A DNA stretch of 64,000 nt from Alphaproteobacteria bacterium (GTDB lineage Bacteria; Pseudomonadota; Alphaproteobacteria; UBA9219). The stretch is taken from contig JAQVBU010000002.1 in assembly GCA_028690155.1 (NCBI GenBank), positions 21,282 to 85,281 of the forward strand, written 5' to 3'. The position numbers were made by a program, and so were the translations under genes. Below are positions 9,199 through 18,895 of this stretch, piece after piece; position 1 is the stretch's first letter, and each line of letters begins with the position of its first letter. The notes beneath the pieces are model-generated. The model did not search any database. It was not told where the DNA came from and saw nothing but the letters and a program-made list of their open reading frames with translations.

Positions 9199-10140
9199 AT
9201 GCCCTCTGTTGCCCTTGTGTCCGGCGCGGACCAAACCTATTTTCCCCTCCTGCGCGAATGGATCCAATCCGTCCGCCGTTTCGACGAGGCCGCCTCGATG
9301 GATATCGCGATCCTCGACGCAGGGCTTACCGCCGAGCAACGGACCGAATTGGCCCCTCTTGTTTCGGCCATTGTTTCGCCTCCTTGGCCCGAAGGCCTTT
9401 CCCCCAAGAAAACAAAGGGGAAAGACCGCCTTAAATCGTGCGTATGCCGGCCCTTTATTCGCGAACTTTTTCCACACTACGATCTTTACATGTGGATGGA
9501 CGCCGATACATGGATTCAAAACTGGTCGGGCGTCTCCATGTTTTTGCAAGCCGCGGCGTCCAAGAAAGACAGGATTGTCGCGACGAACGGCGCGGATCGT
9601 TCCTATCCCAAGCAATTCCGAGTCAAATGGATCGGCCGTTGGCCCTATAAGATTGCCAACTTTTATTTCTCGAACGGAAAAAAAGCGTTCGATTTTGCCA
9701 CGGCCAAAAAGCTCTGCACCCACTACAGCATCTCGGCAGGATGTTTTGCCATGGCGGCTGAATCGCCTCTTTGGAACGCATGGCAAAAGCTTGTGGCTCA
9801 AGCCGCCAAGAAGGGAAAACTTTTTACCGCCGAGCAACTCTCTCTTGGAAAACTGATCTATTTAGACGGATTCAAAGCCGACCTTCTTCCCGTTCACACC
9901 TTCTGGTCTTTCGGCGATGCGCTGCCTCTTTGGGACAGCAACAGGAATCTTTTCGTCGAGCCTTTTTCGCCGCATACGCCGCTCGGCATCCTTCATCTGT
10001 GCGGGGTCGACAATCAACGCGCAAGCCATAACAACAAAAGCTTGATTGAAACGACCGACGGCGCGTTGATCAAAAAAAGCCTGCGCTATCCCCACCTTGA
10101 CGCGGGCGATCTTTCCCTCGTCCGCCCAAAGCGAGGATGA
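9199..10140 (+). CDS. Putative GT-A-fold nucleotide-sugar glycosyltransferase (GT8-like, DXD motif)
   Basis: 313 aa. The DXD-like motif MWMDADTWIQNW; the overall pattern resembles family 8 / nucleotide-diphospho-sugar transferases. An RBS (GGGGAGAAACC) precedes the ATG. Confidence 0.55.
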   Translation: MPSVALVSGADQTYFPLLREWIQSVRRFDEAASMDIAILDAGLTAEQRTELAPLVSAIVSPPWPEGLSPKKTKGKDRLKSCVCRPFIRELFPHYDLYMWMDADTWIQNWSGVSMFLQAAASKKDRIVATNGADRSYPKQFRVKWIGRWPYKIANFYFSNGKKAFDFATAKKLCTHYSISAGCFAMAAESPLWNAWQKLVAQAAKKGKLFTAEQLSLGKLIYLDGFKADLLPVHTFWSFGDALPLWDSNRNLFVEPFSPHTPLGILHLCGVDNQRASHNNKSLIETTDGALIKKSLRYPHLDAGDLSLVRPKRG

Positions 10141-10146
10141 AACGTC

Positions 10147-10899
10147 CTAGTTGCGCGCCAACGCAAGAGTAAACGCGTCAATGCCTTCGGTGCGACGCAA
10201 ATGGTCCCCAAGTTTGACCATGGTCGCCGCACGGTGCCGCCCGCGCGACACCGCCACAAAACGCCACGAGGTCCTGCCGTCGCACTGATCGATCGTAAAA
10301 GAGCTGTCGGCCACCTTGTACCCCTTCTCTCGCATAAGCCGTGCGACATCCTCTTCCGTCACCTTGGCCGCCTTGCCGAATGTCAACGTTATGGCAACGG
10401 CGTGCCGACCGGGAAGCATGCTCTCGATCTTCGCGCCCCACATCATGAAGGCCACGGCGATCACTGCCAGCACCGTCGCCGGTCCGTAAAAACCGATCCC
10501 GACCAACACGCCGATGGTTGCCACCGTCCAAATCGACGCGGCCGTCGTCAAGCCGCTGATGTTGAAGCCGTCGCGCATAATGACGCCGGCGCCTAAAAAA
10601 CCAATACCCGTCGAAATACCTTGGATGATGCGGCTGGGATCGACATATTTCAGATTTTCGGCGCTTTGACCGCCGAACCACGCTTCCGGATGCGCGCCCA
10701 GCACAACCAGCGCACAAGAGGACATACAGACGAGCCCATAAGTACGCATTCCAGCCGCACGCCCACGAAAGGCCCGTTCATAACCGACGAACACCCCCAA
10801 AAAAAGCGCAAAAACGATATTGACCGTCGCGTAGGCGTTCGCACACAACGCTCGGGTCAATTGGGAATCAAAAAAAGACTCGGTTCCTGAAAAAGCCAT
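10147..10899 (-). CDS. mgtC: MgtC/SapB family membrane protein
   Basis: 250 aa. N-terminal MgtC transmembrane domain (GYERAFRGRAAGMRTYGLVCMSSCALVVLG...GISTGIGFLGAGVIM) and a C-terminal ACT-like domain. Confidence 0.8.
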   Translation of the reverse strand: MAFSGTESFFDSQLTRALCANAYATVNIVFALFLGVFVGYERAFRGRAAGMRTYGLVCMSSCALVVLGAHPEAWFGGQSAENLKYVDPSRIIQGISTGIGFLGAGVIMRDGFNISGLTTAASIWTVATIGVLVGIGFYGPATVLAVIAVAFMMWGAKIESMLPGRHAVAITLTFGKAAKVTEEDVARLMREKGYKVADSSFTIDQCDGRTSWRFVAVSRGRHRAATMVKLGDHLRRTEGIDAFTLALARN

Positions 10900-11026
10900 A
10901 AAAAAACCTCCTGCGAATCGCGTCCGTTTCGTAGGATCGACAAAACAGGCCGCTCACGCAAGATGTTATTGTGCCTTATTGTGTGTCATGCCATAAAATT
11001 CCGTTTTCTATGGGATTGTTGCGCCT

Positions 11027-12700
11027 ATGTCCGTTTGCATCCATTACAGTCGCCCGGCCTCGTCGACAAACGAAACCGAAGTCTTCGGCTTTGATGTCGC
11101 CGTAACGCGTTTTCTTTCCGCCTATTTCCGGCATACGAAAGCCGAAACATTCCTATGCCGTCCAACGGACATGCCGAGCTTTGAGCACTTCAAACGCATC
11201 GCTCAAGACGAAGGGCTCGACGCCGAAACGCGCTGCATCGGCCTCGACCCTCGTCACCCGGACAAAAATCTACAAAGCTTGGCCTGCATGTTCCGGCCCG
11301 ACCCTTTGGTTGGCGATCTTATCTGGCAACGTCAACAGATGCGCGGACGGGGATATGCGACATGCGGGCTCGTTCATACCATGAGCGGCGAACGCATCGT
11401 CCGGGCGGTCGGCGATCTGTGCCTCGCTCCAAGCGAAAACACCGATGCGTTGATTTGCCCCTCGCACGCCATCCGCGACGCCGTCCGATCGTTGTGGAAC
11501 GTTTACAGCGACTATATCAACCACCGTTTCGGCGGATCGTTTTCTTGCCCTATGCAAACGCCCGTTATTCCGCTGGGCATTGATACCGAAAAGCTTGCCG
11601 CCCGCGTAACGCCGGAAAAGCGCGCGGCGCAACGATGCGCTCTTGGCGTACGCGACGATGAAATCGTTCTTCTTTTTGTGGGCCGTTTAAGCTTCGCCAC
11701 CAAAGCGCACCCCTTTCCCATGTTTATGGCCGCTGAACGCGCCGCAAGGCGAAGCCGGCACCCTGTGCGTTTGGTTTTGTTCGGCTATTTTCTGCCCAAG
11801 GACATGGAGCCGCGTTTCCGCGCTCTGGCCGCCGACGTGTGCAAAACCGCGCGCGTCGATTTCGTCACAAACGACGATCCCCGCTTTCCCGACGGATTAT
11901 GGGCCGCAGCGGATATTTTCACCTCGCTGTCCGACAACGTCCAAGAGAGCTTCGGCCTGACCCCCATCGAAGCCATGGCCTGCGGCTTGCCTGCCGTCGT
12001 CACCGACTGGGACGGCTATCGCGAAGGCGTGCGTGACGGCGTGGACGGCTTCCTTATCCCGACCATCGCGCCCCCACCCGAAGCGGGCATGGCCATTGCC
12101 CGGATGTATTACAACGAAAACAACTACGGCGTGGCGCTGTCGGGCGCGCTGCAAAGTACCGCCGTCGATATCGACGCTTGCGCCAAGGCTTACGCAACGC
12201 TCATTGACGATGCGGCGTTGCGCGCCACATTCGGACGCAACGGAGAGGCCCGAGCCAGAAGCGTCTTTGACTGGGAACATGTTATCGGCGCCTATAACGC
12301 GCTGTGGCAACACCTTGCCGAGCAACGCGCCGCGACCGTCGGTCCAGCGCCTCTGCCCGAGTCATGGCCGGCCGCGCATTTAAGCTATCCCAATCCATGG
12401 CACATGTTTAAAAGCTTTCCCTCTGCCCATATGGCCCCGACGGATGTCGTGCACATTGCCGCCAGTCCCGAGGATGTGGATCTGCTTCTGCGCCACGACA
12501 TGAATCTCTTCGTGCCTCAGCTTCTTCTATCCCAGGAACAGTTGCTCGAGCTGATCGCCGTTATCCGCCGCGCGGGCGCGGCCCGGATTCAGGATATTCT
12601 GGCGCCTTTTCCCCTCGACAGTCACGACCTTCTGTGGCGGTGTCTTGGATGGATGGTCAAATTCGGCGTCTGCACACTGGAACGGCGCGTTTTACCATGA
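11027..12700 (+). CDS. Glycosyltransferase family 4 (GT-B fold)
   Basis: 557 aa. C-terminal GT4 motif FTSLSDNVQESFGLTPIEAMACGLPAVVTDWDGYREGVRDGVDGFLIP. Confidence 0.7.
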   Translation: MSVCIHYSRPASSTNETEVFGFDVAVTRFLSAYFRHTKAETFLCRPTDMPSFEHFKRIAQDEGLDAETRCIGLDPRHPDKNLQSLACMFRPDPLVGDLIWQRQQMRGRGYATCGLVHTMSGERIVRAVGDLCLAPSENTDALICPSHAIRDAVRSLWNVYSDYINHRFGGSFSCPMQTPVIPLGIDTEKLAARVTPEKRAAQRCALGVRDDEIVLLFVGRLSFATKAHPFPMFMAAERAARRSRHPVRLVLFGYFLPKDMEPRFRALAADVCKTARVDFVTNDDPRFPDGLWAAADIFTSLSDNVQESFGLTPIEAMACGLPAVVTDWDGYREGVRDGVDGFLIPTIAPPPEAGMAIARMYYNENNYGVALSGALQSTAVDIDACAKAYATLIDDAALRATFGRNGEARARSVFDWEHVIGAYNALWQHLAEQRAATVGPAPLPESWPAAHLSYPNPWHMFKSFPSAHMAPTDVVHIAASPEDVDLLLRHDMNLFVPQLLLSQEQLLELIAVIRRAGAARIQDILAPFPLDSHDLLWRCLGWMVKFGVCTLERRVLP

Positions 12701-13104
12701 CCGATCCGTTTGTTTTCTTCGATTCAACGTGGGCACGTTTGGGTGCAGGATTTATCCTCGGTTCAATTCTCGGAAGCTTCGCCACCATGCTCGCCTACCG
12801 GCTTCCGCGTCGGCAATCCATCGTCTTTCCCCGCTCGCGCTGTCCGTCTTGCGGGACGGCTCTGGGCGTTGCGGATCTCGTTCCCCTTTTATCATGGCTC
12901 TTTTTAAAAGGCCGTTGCCGCCATTGCCGTGCGCCGATTGACCGAAGCTATTTTTTGATCGAGCTTTCGGCCAGCCTTCTTGGCGCACTTGCGTGCCTGT
13001 GGCTTGGGTTTTCATGGGAACTTCTTTTTGCTTTTCTTCTTATCGTGGCCACAATCGTTTTTGTCTCTGTTCGCCTGTCGAAACGAAGGAGTGACCCTCT
13101 ATGA
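12698..13104 (+). CDS. Prepilin peptidase N-terminal (DiS-P-DiS zinc-finger / membrane) domain only; truncated A24 peptidase homolog or gene remnant
   Basis: ATGA overlap with the GT4 stop. [50 protein letters not shown] is the classic PilD/TadV N-terminal tetracysteine domain. The ORF ends after about 135 aa with no peptidase A24 catalytic domain, and overlaps the trmFO start. Confidence 0.5.
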
Positions 13105-14501
13105 ATGCGGTTCATGTGATCGGCGCAGGCCTTGCCGGAAGCGAAGCGGCATGGCAAATCGCCCAAGCCGACGTCCCGGTCGTTGTGCACGAGATGCGAC
13201 CCGAAAAGAAAACCGAAGCGCATAAATCGGATGCGCTGGCCGAGCTTGTCTGCTCGAATTCTTTACGCGCCGACGACAGCGACTATAACGCCGTCGGACT
13301 CTTGCACGATGAAATGCGGCGTTGCGGATCGTTAATCATGGAAGCCGCTGACACGCACAGCGTTCCGGCCGGAGGGGCTTTGGCCGTCGACCGCGAAGGC
13401 TTTTCGGAATTTATCACCGAACGGATTCATCATCACCCCCTGATTACCGTTGTAAGGGAGGAAATCCGCGCCCTTCCCAAAGCGGATCTTATGCCGTCGG
13501 CGATCGTCGCTTCCGGTCCTTTGACGTCCGAGCCGTTGGCCGAGGCGATCCAACAAGAAACAGGCGAAGAGTCGCTGTCCTTTTTCGATGCCATCGCCCC
13601 CATTGTCTATAAAGACAGCATCAATATGGATCGGGCATGGATGCAATCCCGCTATGACAAGCCCGGACCGCACGGCACGGGATCGGACTACATCAACTGC
13701 CCCATGAATAAAGAGCAGTACGAATCTTTTGTCCGCGCGTTGTTGGAGGCCCCGAAAATAGCCTTCAAAGACTGGGAAACAAACACGCCCTACTTCAACG
13801 GATGCCTTCCCATCGAAGTCATGGCCGAACGGGGGATCGGCACCTTGCGTTACGGTCCGATGAAACCCGTGGGTCTGACCAATCCCCATACGCCGGAGAG
13901 GCCCTATGCCGTAGTCCAGCTTCGCCAAGATAATACTCTCGGCACGTTGTACAACCTTGTCGGTTTTCAAACCAAAATGAAACATGCCGACCAAACCCGC
14001 GTCTTCCGGATGATCCCCGGATTGGAAAACGCCACGTTCGCCCGTTTGGGGGGCCTGCATCGGAACACGTTTCTAAACAGTCCCCGTCTTTTGGACGAAC
14101 AGCTTCGTTTAAAAACGAAACCGCATCTTCGCTTTGCCGGTCAAATGACTGGTGTTGAAGGGTATGTCGAATCCGCGGCGATGGGGCTTCTGACGGGTCT
14201 TTTTGCCGCCGCCGAGCAAAAAGGTTCGTTATGCCCGTCGCCACCCCGAACCACGGCCATGGGCGCCTTGCATGCGCATTTGACCGGCGGCGCCGACAGC
14301 GAGACGTTTCAACCTATGAATGTGTGCTTTGGGCTATTTCCGCCGCCCGACACGCCTCAGGAAGGCCCCCGCCCTAAAAAAACGGGAGGCCGCGCGCGCA
14401 AACTCCTTTACACGCAACGCGCAAAAAAAGACTTTGGAGAATGGCTGGAAAAAAATCAGATACTGGGGCCACTGTATCGTTCGGCACGAAGATCGGAATG
14501 A
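13101..14501 (+). CDS. trmFO: Methylenetetrahydrofolate--tRNA-(uracil54-C5)-methyltransferase TrmFO
   Basis: [28 protein letters not shown], and the full length fit TrmFO/Gid. Confidence 0.9.
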   Translation: MNAVHVIGAGLAGSEAAWQIAQADVPVVVHEMRPEKKTEAHKSDALAELVCSNSLRADDSDYNAVGLLHDEMRRCGSLIMEAADTHSVPAGGALAVDREGFSEFITERIHHHPLITVVREEIRALPKADLMPSAIVASGPLTSEPLAEAIQQETGEESLSFFDAIAPIVYKDSINMDRAWMQSRYDKPGPHGTGSDYINCPMNKEQYESFVRALLEAPKIAFKDWETNTPYFNGCLPIEVMAERGIGTLRYGPMKPVGLTNPHTPERPYAVVQLRQDNTLGTLYNLVGFQTKMKHADQTRVFRMIPGLENATFARLGGLHRNTFLNSPRLLDEQLRLKTKPHLRFAGQMTGVEGYVESAAMGLLTGLFAAAEQKGSLCPSPPRTTAMGALHAHLTGGADSETFQPMNVCFGLFPPPDTPQEGPRPKKTGGRARKLLYTQRAKKDFGEWLEKNQILGPLYRSARRSE

Positions 14502-14706
14502 AAAACAGTCTCCGGATGTATATGGTTGGTGCCATCATCGGGACCTTCGTCGCCGTCGCTTCTTACCGTCGTTCCCTTCCGGGAAAGACCGCAAATATGC
14601 CGCGCAACGGATTTACAGAAAGCCACCGTCATGATAACGCTCCTGAAGGAAGGAGCTATACAGTACCAAAACGGGGCTGTTTGTAAAGTCCCTTTGACTG
14701 GGGCGA

Positions 14707-15348
14707 TTAGTGTTGAATCCCGCAAAGCTCTTTGCGGCGCACGCGAACTTCGTCGCAGAATCCGTCGATTCCGTCGAGACGAACTAAAATGGCGTTGGCT
14801 TCGGCCCAATTCTCCTCGCGCAACGCTTTCATGAGAAGAACGACCCCCTGCTCCAACAACTGGCCGGCCTTCTGAGCCGCGCGGTCGCATTGGCAGGGAT
14901 CGCAAGCGGCCAGCAATTCCTGACGAAGATCGGCCATAAGAGAACTTGGCTCCTGATCGCCGTCCAGCTCCTTCCCCTGAAGCCTGAGCCAATAACGTCC
15001 TCTTTTGAGCGGTTTGCGAAGCGTTTCATAGGCTTCGTTCAAGGCATCGCGTTGTTTAGACGCATGGCCGCGCTCGCCGATTCCACGAATAAGAAAGCGT
15101 TCGGGGTCTAATGACTTGTTTAGGGCTTTGTATTGGCGTTCAAGAAGCTCACCATCCACATCCAAAGAGCGATCCAACCCCAATCGCGTGAAGTGATCAA
15201 TCTCGCGCACAGGTTGAACGGTTCCACAAAAATGGCAAAACAACGCACGAATCGATAGAGGCTTCTGGCACAGCCAACAATGTGTTTCTCCGTTTGCTGT
15301 ACCAACAAACTCGTTTATTCCAACAACATTGGACATAAAATTCCGCAT
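14707..15348 (-). CDS. hscB: HscB-like J-domain co-chaperone with an N-terminal zinc finger
   Basis: N-terminal CWLCQKP...CHFCG zinc finger, a J-domain (HFTRLGLDRSLDVDGELLERQYKALNKSLDPERF) and a C-terminal HscB helical domain. Confidence 0.7.
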   Translation of the reverse strand: MRNFMSNVVGINEFVGTANGETHCWLCQKPLSIRALFCHFCGTVQPVREIDHFTRLGLDRSLDVDGELLERQYKALNKSLDPERFLIRGIGERGHASKQRDALNEAYETLRKPLKRGRYWLRLQGKELDGDQEPSSLMADLRQELLAACDPCQCDRAAQKAGQLLEQGVVLLMKALREENWAEANAILVRLDGIDGFCDEVRVRRKELCGIQH

Positions 15349-15675
15349 CCCCTCTGAAAGGCCGCCAAGGCCCGTTTAAACCTGCAAATCGGCTCTTTTT
15401 GCCAAAACAAAACGTCGAGCCTTTTTCTGCTCTTGTTCCGGATGGCGTTTTTTTATCGATCTCTTACGTCCCCAAAGATCTTTTCAATGACATGTTGTTC
15501 AGCAAGATTGTTAAAGAAATACGCCAAAAAAAACAATCATTCAAAATGTCGCATTCTCTCTTGAAATTAACCTTTAGACTTGTGCTAGTATGGGGTTTCC
15601 TCCTCAGCGGATCAATGAAAGAGGCGGAATTATAGCAGATTTTTTGTCCTCTTGCAGCAACTTAGGTGAACCCAC

Positions 15676-16344
15676 ATGCCCGAAGTTCTTTTTGCCGGAC
15701 CTGCCGGTCGTCTTGAAGGCCGTTACAGCCCAGGAAAATCGCCGACAGCACCTATTGCTTTGATTTTGCACCCACATCCGCAGCATGGCGGAACCATGAA
15801 CAACAAAGTCGTGTACTGCCTGTACAAAGCCTTTGCCGAAAGAGACTTTGCAACATTGCGGTTCAATTTTCGAGGGGTTGGTCGAAGCCAAGGAACGTAT
15901 GATCGCGGTGAAGGCGAATTGAGCGACGCCGCCAGCGCGCTTGACTGGCTTCAAAGCATCAACCCCAATGCCCGTGGCGCTTGGGTTTCTGGTTTTTCTT
16001 TTGGGGCGTGGATCGGCATGCAACTTTTGATGCGTCGACCAGAAGTTGAATCATTCATTTCGGTCGCCCCACCAGCCAACATGTTGGACTTCAACTTTCT
16101 GGCGCCCTGCCCGGCCTCGGGGCAGATTATCCATGGAAGCACCGACGAAATCGTTCCCGAGCCTTTTGTCGCCAAACTTGTCAGCAAACTGTCCAGTCAA
16201 CGCGGCGTTTCAATTGATTATCGAATCATTCCCGGCGCATCGCACTTTTTCACGGAAAACCTTGCCGACGTCTCCACATGCGTCGAAGATTATCTGGACC
16301 TTGCGCTTTATCAGAAGCCGATCTCGATGGCCTTGACAGCCTAA
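15676..16344 (+). CDS. Alpha/beta-fold hydrolase (COG2945-type)
   Basis: 222 aa. IALILHPHPQHGGTMNNKVV and GFSFGAW, a nucleophile-elbow-like segment. Confidence 0.7.
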   Translation: MPEVLFAGPAGRLEGRYSPGKSPTAPIALILHPHPQHGGTMNNKVVYCLYKAFAERDFATLRFNFRGVGRSQGTYDRGEGELSDAASALDWLQSINPNARGAWVSGFSFGAWIGMQLLMRRPEVESFISVAPPANMLDFNFLAPCPASGQIIHGSTDEIVPEPFVAKLVSKLSSQRGVSIDYRIIPGASHFFTENLADVSTCVEDYLDLALYQKPISMALTA

Positions 16345-16355
16345 TCGGCAAAAAG

Positions 16356-16769
16356 TCAGGCCTCGTCCGAATCCAAGGCCTTAGCCCATGCGTAAATTTG
16401 TTCTTCATCCCATGCGCAGGATTCAAGTTGTTCGACCGTCAGCGCCCGCGCCTGTTCAGCCGTCATAGACGCTAACTGCGTGGCCGAAAGCGTATGCACC
16501 TGCCCTGTCGTCAACAGTCCTATTTGTTGCGGCGGCAAATTCCGGATCAAGACAGGGATTTTGACAGCCCCGAGTGCCGCGCCCGAATGAGCCGGATTCA
16601 AGGACGGTTCCATTGTGCTAAGCTGATCCGAAGTCAAAGGAAGACAATCGCCACAGGAATCAGAGGAGGGCGTCTCGGATGAAAGATCAGGAAAAGGCGC
16701 TTCCCCGTCGTCTTGCCGGGTCGATAAAAGAGCGACCTGCTCTGCCGAAAAAGAATCGATATCGTCCAC
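16356..16769 (-). CDS. Hypothetical acidic protein with internal L(T/S)xxQ(L/V) repeats
   Basis: 137-aa ORF. Repeated segments LTSDQLSTM, LTTGQVHTLSATQLASMTAEQARALTVEQL; very acidic termini. Confidence 0.4.
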   Translation of the reverse strand: MDDIDSFSAEQVALLSTRQDDGEAPFPDLSSETPSSDSCGDCLPLTSDQLSTMEPSLNPAHSGAALGAVKIPVLIRNLPPQQIGLLTTGQVHTLSATQLASMTAEQARALTVEQLESCAWDEEQIYAWAKALDSDEA

Positions 16770-16935
16770 AAGCCCCTCCCTTGCGCGCTTAGGGCCATGT
16801 TAGCATCAACCCCGCGTTCTCCCTACCGATCTTTTCTTGTCGTCTTTCGCACACGAAGAAGCCTTGGCTCAAAAAGGTACTATGGCTTGAACCTGTCAGC
16901 CAACGTCTCTTATCCTTGAGGGGAAAAACGGCTGG

Positions 16936-17145
16936 TTAGCGCCGAGCCATACCGGCGCGGCGTAAAGCTTCCATGTGCTCTGGCTGTTCGAGAAGCTCGG
17001 AAGGAATCATGTCCCCTGCCGTAACGCCGCCCAGTTCCTTTTCGGCCCGACGTAAAAGCGCCGTCGCGTCGTTCGGACACTGCAACGCGTCACGCACTAA
17101 ACCACACAGGATCAAATAGGTCGTCGGCGAAATCTCCACTAACAC
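16936..17145 (-). CDS. Small hypothetical protein (69 aa)
   Basis: The only ORF in a ~640-bp AT-rich gap; no recognisable motif. Confidence 0.25.
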   Translation of the reverse strand: MLVEISPTTYLILCGLVRDALQCPNDATALLRRAEKELGGVTAGDMIPSELLEQPEHMEALRRAGMARR

Positions 17146-17411
17146 GACACGATTCCTTTTCTTTTCCTTTTGTCCAAAGCTTTCGCTTTAAACTTTTTCT
17201 ACTGTCTATTTCCTAAAGCCAGATTAACGGCAAAACAAAGAAGATAAAAAACTTTCATAAGAAAAAACCTCAAAAAGGGAGAAGAAAGTATTTTAACTAC
17301 CTTTCGTTAGCATAATTTTCCCAATAACTCATGCTTATTACATCGTCTTTACCGATCAACTGGTTTGCCTTATCTTTTCATAATCGTTGGCCTTATTTGC
17401 TGGAGAACACC

Positions 17412-17843
17412 ATGTCCAATCCTCGTTTTAACGGACGGGCCCTTGTCTCGACACTCCTTTTTCTGGTGTTTATCGTCCTCCTCTTCAGTAGCGTGGCCTT
17501 ATATATCGCGCCGCATGGCCGTGGCCCATGGAGCTTCCTTGGATTGGACAAACACAGTTGGGTTGCTCTTCACATCGTTTTCGGCTTCTTGTTTCTGTTC
17601 GTTACGCTCTTTCACCTTGTGTTTAACGTAAAAATACTGCTCAGCTATTTGCGGCGAAAACGCCCTCTCAAACCGGAAACGCAAACCGCCGCGGGCTTGA
17701 AACCCGAACCGATTTTGGCTCTTTTATTATGCCTTCTTCTGGCCATTGCCGCCTATGCCAACCTTCCGCCGGCAAGCTGGCTTCTCGCGGGAATGCACGC
17801 TTCTCAAGCATCAGGGAATGCCCAGCAGGGTAACCAGCGCTAA
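17412..17843 (+). CDS. DUF4405-like integral membrane protein
   Basis: Start chosen at the internal Met (MSNPRFNGRALVSTLLFLVFIVLLF...). Three predicted transmembrane helices; the HIVFGFLFLFVTLFHLVFN pattern. Confidence 0.5.
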   Translation: MSNPRFNGRALVSTLLFLVFIVLLFSSVALYIAPHGRGPWSFLGLDKHSWVALHIVFGFLFLFVTLFHLVFNVKILLSYLRRKRPLKPETQTAAGLKPEPILALLLCLLLAIAAYANLPPASWLLAGMHASQASGNAQQGNQR

Positions 17844-17847
17844 GATA

Positions 17848-18243
17848 TTATGGCTTAGGCGTTGATTGCTCCCACGCAAGGAATCCGCCATCCAATCCTT
17901 TGACGCGCGTGTAGCCTTTGTCTTGCAACAACGCCACGGCCTCGGCGCTCCGACGCCCCGAACGGCAATAAACAATCACGTCCTGATCCTTGGGAACCTC
18001 GGCGTACCGGCTCGGCAACTGGTCAAGCGGTATTAAAAGCGCACCATCAATATGACCGGCGTTGTATTCCGCCTGCGTCCGCACATCGAGAAAAAGAACG
18101 TTCTTTCCCGAATCCTTCAACTGTTGGGCCTCGGCAATGCCGACAAGGGGCACACCATTCTGGGCCGATACGCTCGATACCGGCGCAAAACAAAGGAAAA
18201 AGCCGGCTATCAAAGCAAGGAAATATGGATAAATCCGATGCAT
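17848..18243 (-). CDS. Secreted single-domain rhodanese (sulfurtransferase)
   Basis: Start at the MHRIYPYFLALIAGFF signal peptide. Rhodanese motifs VLFLDVRTQAEYNAGHIDGA and the active-site stretch VYCRSGRRS. Confidence 0.75.
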   Translation of the reverse strand: MHRIYPYFLALIAGFFLCFAPVSSVSAQNGVPLVGIAEAQQLKDSGKNVLFLDVRTQAEYNAGHIDGALLIPLDQLPSRYAEVPKDQDVIVYCRSGRRSAEAVALLQDKGYTRVKGLDGGFLAWEQSTPKP

Positions 18244-18538
18244 GGCAACGCCTCCCTTCCAAGAAACGATACCGTTAACTATACACCTCGTTTGCAAGCA
18301 AAAAAGCCTCTTCCCGAGGGAACCTACCCTCTTATGGTCATGAGCTGGAAAGAGGGCCTTATTTTTTACTAGCCAAGAAGCCAACATTCGGCTAAAAGCC
18401 CTTATCCCCCACATGGTTAGTTTCCCGATCCGGAGCGAAAGCTCCCGAGGGGGGATGCTTTAAACGGCAAAGGAGCAAAGAAACGAAGAATCAAACGGCG
18501 TGAGCCCCGGACTGTTGGTTTTCCGGTATTCGCTTGTT

Positions 18539-18614
18539 AGGAGTGTAGCTCAATTGGTAGAGCACCGGTCTCCAAAACCGGGGGCTGGGGGTTCGAGCCC
18601 CTCCACTCCTGCCA
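18539..18614 (+). tRNA. trnW: tRNA-Trp (anticodon CCA)
   Basis: AGGAGTGTAGCTCAATTGGTAGAGCACCGGTCTCCAAAACCGG...GGTTCGAGCCCCTCCACTCCTGCCA. The 7-bp acceptor stem AGGAGTG/CACTCCT, anticodon loop CTCCAAA, T-loop GGTTCGAGC and a 3' CCA are all present. Position upstream of secE-nusG is the canonical one. Confidence 0.92.
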
Positions 18615-18647
18615 CGGCCGCCCTCGATTCTTCAAAAAAGGTGCAAC

Positions 18648-18875
18648 ATGGCGAACACTCAAAATCAAGTTCCGGACAAGAAAAAGACGAGCGTGCGTGA
18701 ATTCTTCCGCGAAACACGCCGGGAAATCTCGAAAATAACGTGGCCTGTACGCAAAGAGATTTCGGTTACGACGATGTTGATCGTCGCGTTCGCCGTCGTC
18801 ATGGGCCTTTTCTTTCTCGTCGTCGATTCGGCCTTGGGTTTTGTGGTGTCGAACATCTTGGGTATGCACGCGTAA
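18648..18875 (+). CDS. secE: Preprotein translocase subunit SecE
   Basis: 75 aa with a single C-terminal transmembrane helix; canonical position between tRNA-Trp and nusG. Confidence 0.85.
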   Translation: MANTQNQVPDKKKTSVREFFRETRREISKITWPVRKEISVTTMLIVAFAVVMGLFFLVVDSALGFVVSNILGMHA

Positions 18876-18895
18876 TTATTCGAAAAGAGGAAATC

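Noticed and set aside
9151-9856. 228-aa minus ORF and 229-aa plus ORF overlapping the start of the GT-A glycosyltransferase gene
   Set aside because: Alternative frames over the same region. The 9199..10140 frame has the coherent DXD motif and an RBS; the others are Pro/Arg-rich.
10178-10717. 179-aa and 131-aa ORFs inside mgtC
   Set aside because: Other frames of the well-supported MgtC membrane protein gene.
14441-14686. 81-aa plus ORF overlapping the trmFO 3' end (possible small membrane protein starting at the internal Met near 14499)
   Set aside because: It overlaps a well-supported gene and has no motif or RBS I can confirm. It is left uncalled, though a small downstream gene cannot be excluded.
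18539-18614. tRNA-Trp considered as a possible integration site for a genomic island or prophage
   Set aside because: No integrase, direct repeat of the tRNA 3' end, or phage genes nearby. The tRNA is in its canonical place upstream of secE-nusG; the anomaly begins after nusG instead.
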